Source: Harriotta raleighana (lineage: Eukaryota). From it: a stretch of 64,000 nucleotides of DNA. The stretch is taken from assembly GCA_050575255.1 (NCBI GenBank), contig JBNZDD010013429.1:129732-193731 (forward strand), written 5' to 3'. Within the stretch, counting starts at the first letter, position 1. The number at the start of each line of letters is the position of its first letter. The notes below the pieces were generated by a model. The model did no database searches, had not been told where the DNA came from, and saw only the letters and a list, made by a program, of their open reading frames with translations. The position numbers were made by a program, and so were the translations under genes. This document shows, one piece after another, positions 51,301 to 61,600 of this stretch.

Positions 51301-54300
51301 TGTGCCCATCAATGAATTGGGAATAATTGGTAAGAAATACAGCAGAGGATACAATGATGAACAAACTGTCCATGAAACAATACCTTGCATTTATATAGCG
51401 CTCTTCACACTAGTAGGATTTCAACAAGCTTAATGGTGGTAGAGCTTGATCAAGCACTCTGGAACGCTTCGATGTGTGAGGGCATTATATAAATGCAAGT
51501 TGTTGTTGTTAAGCTAGGGAGAAAAGAGAGGTGATTGCCGGTCAATAGGAAGGTCTTCAAGCACAATTTGAAGATGGGCATGGAGAAAGTAAAGTGAAGG
51601 GATTGAGGCAGAGTTCCATAGTTTCGGTATGCAGTGGCTGAAAGCTTGTCCACTGATGGTGAAGCAGAAGGGATGAGGGATGTGCAGAGGGACAGAGCCC
51701 CTGAGTGAAGGAAATGGATAGAAGAGTGAGATACAAGCAGTTTAGAGAGGTATGGAGGTGCTGGTGTTGTTTGTACACCAGTGTGAAGGTCTTCAAAACA
51801 ATCTGTTCTACAATAAGGAGCCAGTTGGGCAGGGGATGCAGAGTTTGCACGGGCAAGGGTAGGGGATGGCAGAGTTTGGTTTCATTGGATTTGATGAATG
51901 GTGCAGTTGGAGTGATTGGCAAAGAGAACATTGGAAAAATCAAGGTCACAGATACATTGAGAAAGGTTTTATCTGTGCTGGGTCTGAGGTAGGCTCGGAG
52001 GCAGGCAATGTTGTGGTGGTGGAGAAAAACAGTTCTGGTCAGGGACCAGATGTGGGTATAAAATACTGTATACAGTCAATTCACTTAAAATATATTCTGT
52101 GAAACACTTTGAGATGTCTCGAAGACATGATAAGATACTATTTCAAATGCAAGGATTATTATTATTATGCCAAAGGTTTTTATTTCCAATCAGACAAACT
52201 AAGAGACTGACTGATGTTCTTTAGTCCATGTGAGCAGAGCTAACTGTTTACATTGTATTAAATGTTCTGATCAAGGTAATCTCCCTACACAGGTCAGGAG
52301 TTGATGTTTATCACATTTCCCAAGGCCATGTCCCTGCTTCCGTTCTCTCATCTTTGGTGGTTTCTGTTCGTTTTAATGTGCATCTTTCTGGCATTCAACT
52401 TTCAGGTACTGTGCAATTCACAATGTCTAATGATGACAAAAGATGGCTTGAAATGTACTTAATCAATGTTTTTTTGTCATTATTTAGTTTTGCCTCATTG
52501 GTGTGATAATAAAAGCATAGGAGTTTCCTGCTAAATATCTGATTGGAAAGTGATTGCAATGCAAGGACAATTATTTCACATTATTTTAGTGTACCACCTC
52601 TCGTGTGTCAAACCATCAAGCCATAAGCAGCTTGTCTTCAGGCAATTTGATTGGCTTTTGGGGGTTGGTTTGATGCAATCTGTGCTATAAATCCCCATTT
52701 TTCATGTAACACAGTAATCTCATGCAACAATTCATAGTTTCCCAACTGGATTCATCAAAGAAGGCAAGCAATTGGTTACCATTGATTTGGTCTTATATAT
52801 GCCTATTGATATATAGGAGGTAAATTCTACACCAGTTAGGTTAGACATGCTGAATGCATAAGGTTCCGTCACAACCAGGCCAGTCTCAAGGCCAGTCTCA
52901 AGGCCAGTCTCAAGAGCCTCCTTTTCGATCGTACCTTTTGCCACCCTCCCACCTCTTTGCCTCCCCTCCCTTCTACCTTGCCCTTCCCCCTTACTTGGGT
53001 CACGATCCCTGAATGTTCAGCTCCTTGGAACGTTCTCCCGATGTGACAGGCACTCTATAAATGTAATTTTGTTGTTGTTGTTGTCAAATGACCAACTGGT
53101 GACTGTCCTCCCTGGGGGGAGGTGAACGGAGGCTTCTCAGAGTTGAACTGGCTCCAAGATGACATTCTTAGGAATTCAATGTCAGAATTGAGACAACCCT
53201 TGGTGGCAGCTTTGTTCCTGAGCCAGTCCAGAACAACAACAAAAACAACTTCAATTTATACAGCGTTCTCCACGCCAGATGGCGTCTCAGAGCGCTTCAA
53301 CAACCACAACAACAACAACGTTGACCGGAACTAGGGAAGCAGGATGCATCCCTCCAAGAAGAGAATGGGTATTCCATTTAAGTAAACAGGAATATTCATG
53401 TGGAGATGGGATGCATGGAATGCTGTTTGATTTGGAAATTCAAGCATGGTGATGGGTTTCTGCATCTGTCCAACTCCCAGCTGATAAACAAAATTCAGCG
53501 AAAAGTGACATTGTATATTACCCGCTAATTAATTTTTTTTGTTTATTCAACCAGTTTGTTACCATGGAGAGTTTAGTGACCACCATTGTCGACATATTTC
53601 CAAAAATATTTCAGAAGGGTTACCGCAGAGAGCTCCTTATTCTGGCCATCACTGGTATTTTCTTTTTGATCAGTCTATTGATGGTAACACAGGTAAGAAA
53701 ATCCATTTAACAAGTGGTAAAGTGTTTTTCTGTCCCAGTTTTGCCCCCTTTCACTACTGTGAAGGTATATGTGGGATTGACTATGCAGCAAATCAGGCAC
53801 ACACTGTGAACTCACAGCTTTTCTCCCAAAAGCTATTTGCAAATTCATTGAGTGCTCTAGACAGTTTCACAAAGAGATTTCTGTCTTGGGTGGAGCAGAG
53901 CAAATACAGTCAGCTTTAAGAGTAAGAAAAATTTTAAGATATGCAAATTAAATAAATGAACTTAAGTGTAGACTTAAGTAAAAACAGAAATTGCTGGGAA
54001 CACTCAGCAGGTCAGGCAGCATCTATGGAAAAGTGAGTCCACATTTCGAGTCCACAACCTTCGTCAGAACTGCCTGACCTACTGAGTCTTCTCAGCGATT
54101 TCTTTTTGGTTTCAGATTTTCAGCATCTACTGTATTTTGTGTTTTTGATTAGTATAGACTGCCTTGCAGCTTAAACATTTTTAAACTGTTGTTTAACTCA
54201 GCGACATTGGTTTCTCATTTCCAAAGCTCTACCCGAATGAGTCGATTGCTTGATACATCAGTTCAGTCCCATCTCATGGTTTTCTCTTCCCTTCCTGTTC

Positions 54301-57226
54301 TGTCAGAGTGGCTTTTACATCTTCCACCTGGTTGAATATTACGGATGCGGGAGCAGCTGCCTGTTTTTTGTAGCCATTTTTGAAACTATTGGCATTGCCT
54401 GGTTATATGGTGAGTGTTTTCAATGTCTGTTATTGTTTGAAGTCACGAAACACACACAGTGGCATGACAAGAAGGGGAAAGTTGTGGAAACTGGACATAG
54501 AAACAAAAAATGTCACAAAACTGAACGGACCATCAAATCCGTACCAGTGCTTTTCCTGTCAATGGGCCATCTGACATGATTCAATCAAGAGAGATGATTC
54601 TTGATAATGAAGATGATCCAATTTTGCAGGGTTTGTTGAGTGTTTTGACAAATACAAAAGCCCGTCAGTACTCGTGTGTATCTAAACTAAACTGAGAGGT
54701 AAGAAATATCTCCATGCCTGGACCAGATTTCCCACTCTCTCTCTCTCCTTGGATCGACAAACCCTGCTTACCTCATGCTGGTTAAGGCACAACTTAACAA
54801 GAGCCAAAGATATCCCAAAGGGATCCTGGTAGGGAGATGCCAGGGCAAGGAATCGATCCATTCGGTGATAGCGAGCCAATGGAGCCAGGTTAGAAATGGT
54901 GTAATGGGGGTATGGAGTTTAGTACGGTTGAGTATCCAGGCCAGATGAGCTCAATGTTGTGGATGGTGGAGCTGGGGAGGCGGGCGAGGCATTCAGTCCA
55001 TGGTTGTCTATGGACACTGCTCTGTGCAAAATAGTTACTGCATTTCACCCACAAAATCCACTTTACTGTGTATTCTGTGAAGTCCTTTAATAATAACCAT
55101 TGCAACGTTAAATGCAAGTTTTTTTTAATATATCCCAAGCCATCTGAAAACCTCATCCACGCCTTTGTCTTCTTCTAATTCAACTTTCACAAAGCCCTGA
55201 TTGCCAGTCTCCCAGCTCCAGATTACTCAGAACTCTCTCATTCCAGGTTTCATAAATATGCACAGTCCAGCAATGCAGAAACGTTTTGAAAGCTTGTTAT
55301 CGCTCTCTCTGGTACTCACTGTGATGACTTCAAGATCAATTGTAACTTCTTGCCTTTCTCCTGAATTCATGCAGGCGCTGATCGGTTCTATGACAACATA
55401 GAAAACATGATCGGACACAGACCCTGGCCTTTAATTAAGTGGTGTTGGTGTTTCTACACTCCAAGTGTTTGCCTTGTAAGCATCTTATTCTTTTCAGACG
55501 TATTAAATTAATAATGACCTAGAGACGGTGCAGAGGAGCTGGAGGGAGGAATATTGGAGTGATGAAAGATAAGGAATGACTAGAATAAGCTCAGGTTGTT
55601 CAATCTTGAAAAGAGATGTCTCAGAGGGAAAACTGCAGACATTACAAACCTAATATCTCTTCTTATTGTTTTTTTCTTTTCAAGGCTTGTTTTCTTTACG
55701 CAATGATAATGGAACACTGTCTAACGATCGGGTTTTATGTGTATCCAACAATGGCATATTTTTTGGGCTGGTTACTCAAACTCTCTTCCCTGATATGCAT
55801 TCCACTCTGGATCATATACAAGATTGGTTTAACCAATGGGTCTTTATTACAGGTAAGTTGTTTACTTGGAAAAAAAAACACTTTTGATTCTTTAAAGGTC
55901 TGCCAATAGTGCACCAATGTCACCAGCGTGAAGGCACTTTCCAGATAATGTGATTGTGTATTTGAAAATGAAATACATTTACAGAGCTGGTGTCCAATGG
56001 GCGTGTGCCCAGTGCTTCGCATGGTTCTGTATACTGTAAAGTGAATTGACTCTACTGTATCTTGTGAGTGAATTGCGGCAGCCAATTCCACACAGCAGTG
56101 TCCCACAAACAGTCATGGATTGAAGTGACCAATTTTTTTTTTAAAGTATTTATTAGCCCTGGAAAAGCAATCTAACAACTGGGTTCCTACTTACTGCTAA
56201 GTAAACAGAGGGGTGTGGAGTAAAGAAACTTGCCCAATATTTTGCCCTGCCAGGAATCAAACCTAGATCGGTCGCTTGCGAGGCAAGTGTCCCTACCACT
56301 GAGCTACAGGACACCAGCTAATGTTACGAAAGCAGAATGGGTCAATGCACAATTAAAAGAAATAAAATGAAAATGTTAGAGAAAAAAGTTATAGCACTCC
56401 TTCAACAGAATGTGTGTCAGTCTGGCTTACTTGGTAGCACTCTCTGCTCCTGCCCTTCGCAGGAATTTGGACCCCACATAGTCAATTTGCACGCAGTAAC
56501 ATCCCACAAACAAACATTGAGTGTTTGACCAATTCAATATAGTGCTGGGAATGTGCTAGATTATCAGTGTTGCCATCCTCCAGGAAAGATGTTAAATCAA
56601 GGCCCCACTTGTCTGTTTAGATGGATTTTAGAGATCCCATACCATTATTCAAAAAGAGAAAAGATTTTGTCTCTCCTAGTGCCTGGTTAACAATCACCCT
56701 AAGAAAAGTCGTCATTCACTCCGTGGTTGTTTGTGGGATATTACTGAGTGTAAATTGGCTGCCCGATGGCCCACAAATTGCACACCACTAGAGAGTCTAT
56801 CCTGTCAAGATGTATATGACATTTTAAGAAGCTTAATCAAATATTATTATTATTATTGAATATTGAAAGTTACCTGAGCTAATGATAGAATATTTTCAGT
56901 GATGGGCAGCTCTGGGATTCCGGTTCCTCTCCCAAAAGCTTGTAACAAGCTTTTGGCAAATGGGCTGATCATTCTATGGAATAGGTTTCACAATCAAATG
57001 CTTATTGATCTAGTTTCCATATGTAATGGCCTAGTCAATGTCCTGCNATTGACCTAGTTTCCATATGTAATGGCCTAGTCAATGTCCTGCATCCATATAT
57101 TTCCTAAGAATGGTAAATGTACCATTTTTTCCACAGAGGATACGCCATCTTACTGCCCCTGTTGACAGCAAGCCACAGTTGGATTTCAGGGTTCTTCCAT
57201 TGGACACCATGAACAGTCAACATTGA
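39187..57226 (+). CDS. Atypical SLC6 (GAT/TauT-subfamily-derived) transporter, gene B, 583 aa, with substituted ion and substrate sites
   Basis: 14 coding exons: 39187-39394, 42332-42466, 45180-45320, 46124-46181, 46937-47069, 47846-47980, 49798-49901, 51205-51329, 52293-52405, 53555-53692, 54307-54409, 55375-55475, 55685-55852, 57137-57226. Total 1752 nt, no internal stops, all GT-AG. Ten internal exons match gene A in length. Confidence 0.92.
41826..42157 (+). mobile_element. tRNA-derived SINE
   Basis: Same family as 26306-26600. Confidence 0.8.
42332..42466 (+). CDS. SLC6 gene B exon 2
   Basis: [32 protein letters not shown]...CPLLE; 135 nt. Confidence 0.92.
42640..43150 (+). mobile_element. 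L2-type LINE fragment
   Basis: [19 protein letters not shown]...LHKLQII RT C-terminal remnant. Confidence 0.75.
43966..44142. mobile_element. pogo/Tigger-like MITE (177 bp)
   Basis: TA|CGGTAAAAGCCTGTTTATCC ... GGATAAACAGGCTTTTACTG|TA: 20-bp TIR with 1 mismatch and a TA TSD. Confidence 0.85.
45180..45320 (+). CDS. SLC6 gene B exon 3
   Basis: [47 protein letters not shown]; 141 nt. Confidence 0.92.
45738..46022 (+). mobile_element. tRNA-derived SINE
   Basis: tcagtggttagagcac...gggttcgattccc head and family body. Confidence 0.8.
46124..46181 (+). CDS. SLC6 gene B exon 4 (short EL2)
   Basis: tgtag| [20 protein letters not shown] |gtgagt; 58 nt. Confidence 0.85.
46300..46795. repeat. Degenerate minisatellite, 18-20 bp period, about 25 units
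   Basis: Recurring core TTCTGAGATG separated by variable segments of about 9 bp. Confidence 0.8.
46937..47069 (+). CDS. SLC6 gene B exon 5
   Basis: [44 protein letters not shown]; 133 nt. Confidence 0.92.
47846..47980 (+). CDS. SLC6 gene B exon 6
   Basis: [13 protein letters not shown]...[11 protein letters not shown]; 135 nt. Confidence 0.92.
49798..49901 (+). CDS. SLC6 gene B exon 7 (TM6)
   Basis: [34 protein letters not shown]; 104 nt. Confidence 0.9.
51205..51329 (+). CDS. SLC6 gene B exon 8 (TM7)
   Basis: [41 protein letters not shown]; 125 nt. Confidence 0.92.
52293..52405 (+). CDS. SLC6 gene B exon 9 (TM8)
   Basis: [38 protein letters not shown]; 113 nt. Confidence 0.9.
53555..53692 (+). 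CDS. SLC6 gene B exon 10
   Basis: [30 protein letters not shown]...MVTQ; 138 nt. Confidence 0.92.
53980..54148. mobile_element. Inverted (fold-back) pair of Penelope-like termini
   Basis: ctcagcaggtcaggcag (54003-54019) is inverted relative to ctgcctgacctactgag (54070-54086); a minus-strand CTGACGA...CGAAA core lies between them. Confidence 0.65.
54307..54409 (+). CDS. SLC6 gene B exon 11
   Basis: [34 protein letters not shown]; 103 nt. Confidence 0.92.
55375..55475 (+). CDS. SLC6 gene B exon 12
   Basis: [34 protein letters not shown]; 101 nt. Confidence 0.92.
55685..55852 (+). CDS. SLC6 gene B exon 13
   Basis: [42 protein letters not shown]...GSLLQ; 168 nt; AAG acceptor. Confidence 0.88.
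56025..56312 (-). mobile_element. tRNA-derived SINE
   Basis: Reverse complement gtcctgtagctcagtggtag head and family body. Confidence 0.8.
56410..56860 (+). mobile_element. Deu-domain SINE
   Basis: gatgttaaatcaaggcccc...ggattttagagatcccat...attcaaaaagag Deu-like core; (att)n tail. Confidence 0.6.
57137..57226 (+). CDS. SLC6 gene B last exon
   Basis: ttccacag| [29 protein letters not shown]; AATAAA at 57284-57289. Confidence 0.85.
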   Translation, partial: RIRHLTAPVDSKPQLDFRVLPLDTMNSQH

Positions 57227-58859
57227 AAACAAAACACTTATAAAACATGATGCACCAAACGTTAACATTCAGTTTCACCAAAAAATAAAGGCAGTATGGA
57301 ATGTTTGACAACAAATCCCGAATTTGAGTCGCTTTAAAATCCGCAGTTAAGTCATACCACAAAGCACGCTGCTGCCAGAAGCTCCTGTTATTTGCGAGTT
57401 TTGTGTTCTTGTGTGGCTGATTTGTTTTCATTTAGTTTTCTTTCCCAGCTTGAAATTGTCTCACAAATTGGCTTAAGAAGGGGAAAAAGCACAACCACTT
57501 GCAATTCATCTTTTATTCAGATGGAAAATAACACCCCACCATCACCACCGTCTTTCTCCCCCTCCCCCTGGCTCGCCCCCGGGATCCGTTGTTGTGAAAC
57601 GCTCTGAGATGCCTTCCAGCTTGGAGGGCGCTTAAAAATCCAAGTTGTTGTTATTGAAGCACTTTGAGACATCTAGAAGACATGAAAAGTGCTATATCAA
57701 AATGCAAAGACTATTATTGTATTATTATATCTTGAATATTCTTAAACAGCCATTACTGCTGTTTTTTGAAGAGTAATATGTAATAATCAAACAGTTAATC
57801 AAACAGTCCAGACAAATTTGAAGTAGAAATATAATCTAACAATATCAGTGTATATCAGTATTTGCAAAAAAAATTAAGAAAATTGTCAAAACAAGTAAGG
57901 AAAATGAGCAGGGATCATCAACTGACCAGACAATGGACTTCAGAAGAGCAGCAGCAGCAATAACAACAACTTCGATTTATAGAGCGCCCACAACGCTGGA
58001 CAGCGTCTCAGAGCGCTTCTCAGAGCAGCGTTCCAAAGAGAAAAAGAGAGAACATTTATATAGCGACAAAGGGCACAAGAGATGGGGGAAATCAGAGAAG
58101 AAAGACTTATTTGATGTAGAGCATATGCTCAGAGAGGATGAATGTTGTTCATGTCCCCATTAGCCTTCATACTCCGCGATTACAGTCTCCAAAGTCCACA
58201 AGTTGTCCAGCACACACTGTATGTAATCTTGAAAACTAATTAACAGTAGTAACCAGGTGATGTTTTTGTAATAATGAAAGTTGTTGCATTGTAATTCCTG
58301 TAATTCCAAAGTTGAATATGGCTAATGTATACTGCCATAGATATAAAACAGAATTCATTGCAACACTAGTTACTGTTGCATTGGCAATCATTATTTTCAC
58401 ATGTATAAATGAAATTAAATAAATAGATGCCTTCAGTCAACAGAACCATTCTATTTCATACTCAATATCTTAACTGTGAATCAAGTGTAGCAAGAAGTGT
58501 TCTTACCATACAACATTTTACAGACTTGTTTGCGTGCAACAAAATTGTGACTATGGTGCTGCAATACAATTGTGGAGAATGACTCACAGCCAATTAAAAC
58601 ATCTCATCTTGGAATATGCCATTAACCTAATTCCAATTGATTTCCTCCTATACCTTCATCACCTCAAAACTTGCTTTCTCAAATGTCCTTCTCAACCAAC
58701 CTTTTCAGATCAAACTCTCACGAGCTGCAAACAATAAATAATAGAAAACGCCACAATTCCCAAGCTCTGAATACTGTACATGAACGTGTGTTCACAAACT
58801 CAGAATCCAGGTAATACTTTCTAGCAATTATTGTCCCAAGCCTCAGAGGTTCCTCAAAA

Positions 58860-59790
58860 GCCATCTCGGTTAATTTTTACATGTGTGTGGACACTAAACT
58901 CTCTATCTTTGCATCCACCCTCAACTCAAGGTCCACTGTTGTCATGATGGATTGTCTGTCAGACATCAAGTTATGGATGAGAGTTGACTTTCTCCAATTA
59001 AATGACAAACAGATTGAGGCCCTCCTGCTTGGCTCCTTTCAGTACCTCATCGAAGGCCCTGACAGCATCACTATACAGCATCACTACGCATACTCCACCT
59101 CAATGACCCAGTACAGAACCTTGGTGTCTTATTTGACCCTCATCAGTCTTTTAAATTAATGTCCTTACCATAATCTATTTTGCCTTTCCCTACCTCTGCA
59201 TCGATGCCCACCTCCGCCACTACCTCTGCCATCAGACCGACAAAGACCCTCATCCATGTTTTCATTAAGTCAAGGCTTGACTATGCCAACTGCCTGCTCA
59301 CTAGACTTTCCAACTCTTTCCTCCACAAACTGCAGATTATTCAGAACCTTGCAGATCACCCCCCAGTCTTGCCCAGATTCACTGCCTCTCCATTCCCCAG
59401 AAGATCGAGTTTAAGATACTCGTTGCCAATGTTAAAGCTCTCCACAGAATTTCTTCCCTTTACCTAAGCAACCTACAAAAACGTTAGTCCCTCTGTTTGG
59501 CGGGCATTACCCTGGTCCATGTACCCCTTGACAGTTAAGACATTTTGTCTTTTTACCCAAACCCTCTGGAATTCTATGCCATTGTCCCTCCAACGTCCTC
59601 TCTTGCCTCCTTCAAACCTGCCTAAAGGCCTTCCTCTTTGACCGTGCCTTCAGTCATCCTACCACCTCCACACCCTTTGCCCTTGCCCTCCAGCCCTCTT
59701 GACTCCAATTACCAGAACGGGTGTGAGTTCTTGTCTGCCCAATGCCTTGGGATGCCCTCCTGAAATGAGAGGAGCTATATAAACTTCCAG
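58860..59790 (+). mobile_element. Decayed L2-type LINE
   Basis: CLSDIKLWM..DFLQLN..; LIHVFIKSRLDYANCLL. Confidence 0.75.
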
Positions 59791-60974
59791 TAGGTAGAGA
59801 AACAAAATTGTTATCAATGACAAAGCCATCTCAGACGATCATTTAATTCCCCTTAACTCCTCCACCCATCTCCACCCTGGAAAAAAATCTCTCCCCATTC
59901 CTTCTCCAGTACCCTGGAGTCATCTAAACACCTCCCACTCTGGGCTTCCTCTTGTAACAACGTAACCTCCCTGACTACTCTCCTTCACAACTCCCTCTCC
60001 AACATGCTTGATACTCTTGCCCCGAACTGCCTTCTACTCACACCAGCCACCTCCATTCTCTGAAGGCGCTGGTACACAGCAATTGCACCTGGCTGAAATC
60101 CAATTTAATGGTCCCTTGGCAGATCTGCCTGGATCACATCAAAACTTACCACTCTGCCCTCACCTACACAAAACTGTCCTTCTACTTCAAGATAATCTTG
60201 GAGGCCAAGGACAATCCTAGGCTCCTCTTATCCACCACAACCAGCACTTCCACCCACCCACTCATGTCTCGTCCATCCTCTTCTCCACCTCCAACTGCGA
60301 CAAGATGCTGGATTTCTGTGAGTCCAAAATCAAGGTAGTTCGCTTAACTGTCTCTGCTACCCACTCCATCTCCCCCTCACACTCTGACCCCTACCCAACC
60401 GTCCCTCCATACCTTCAAACATGTCTCCCCTATTCTCACCATGAAACCCACCACCTGCTCCCTCAACGTAATCTCTACTTCTTTCCTTACCTCCCAGCTC
60501 TAACATAAACCTCTCCTAGTTTGCTGGCCCTGTTCCCACCATCTTAAAAACGAGTTTGGAAAGTTTCCTTACACCTGTTTATCTCGTAGTAAGTAGGAAC
60601 CCGGTTGTTCACCTATTGGCAGATTGCTTTTCCGGGGTAATAATTCCTTCAAATAATAATAATTTGGTCACTCAATCCACAATTGAAAAAAAATAATAAA
60701 TTGGTCATTTCAATCCACGACTATTTCTGGGACACTGTGTGCGAAAAGTCAATTCACTTTACAGTATATTCTGTGAAACGCTTTGAGACGTCTAGAAGAC
60801 ATGAAAAGCACTATTTCACATGCAAGGATTATTATCAAATTCAGGGTTTGAGAAATAGTTATTACACACAAGCACAATGTGTTATTATGATGTTTTACAC
60901 ATCTCGTGTCACCTACAAAAACATCCCCAACTTGTACTGGAATCTGGTGAAAATATCTCCATCATCCTGTGTGG

Positions 60975-61600
60975 AAACAACAACAACAAAATTACATTTG
61001 TATAGTGCCTTTCATGTCAGGAGGTCTGTCAAGGCACTGGACAGTCAATGTTTCAGACCCGAGCTGGGGTTGGGATCGGGGAGGGTGGAAGGAAGAGAGA
61101 GGATTTGGTGTGACCAATGGGACCGTCGAAGAGGAGGGTCTTGAGGCGGGAGTCGGAAGGAGGCTAGCGATGGGGCGAGGAGGAAGGACTGCGGGATGTA
61201 ATTCCAGAGGTTAGGGGAAGAGTGGCTGAAGACTCGTCTACTGAAGGTGGGTTGGTTGGGGACATGGAGCAGGCCGGAGCCCATTGAACCGTGGCAGCAG
61301 GCAGGTTGGTAGAGGGTCAGGAGGTTACAAAGGTAGGGTGGGGCGAGGTCATGGAGGGCCTTGAAGATGAAGACCAGGATCTTGAATTGAAACCTCTGGG
61401 TGATGGGGAGCCAATGCAGTCAGGCGAGAATGAGGGAGATGGGGTTCCGGAGCTCGGAATGGTGGAGGTCATGGGCCGCAGAGTTCTGGATGATCTGGAA
61501 TCTATGGACGGAGGATTTGGGAAGGCTGACAAGTTGGCATAGTCGAGCCTGGATGTGATGAAGGAAACAAGGTCCATATCAAACACCATAAAGTCAAAGC
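60975..61600 (-). mobile_element. L2-type LINE 3' fragment
   Basis: CAA tail at 60977; LVSFITSRLDYAN on the minus strand. Confidence 0.75.

Noticed and set aside
57005-57090. Direct repeat of about 42 bp before the last exon of gene B
   Set aside because: Split by a single n at 57047; join artefact.
39187-57226. Calling gene B a pseudogene
   Set aside because: No stop, frameshift or broken splice site across 14 exons. Not fully excluded without expression data.
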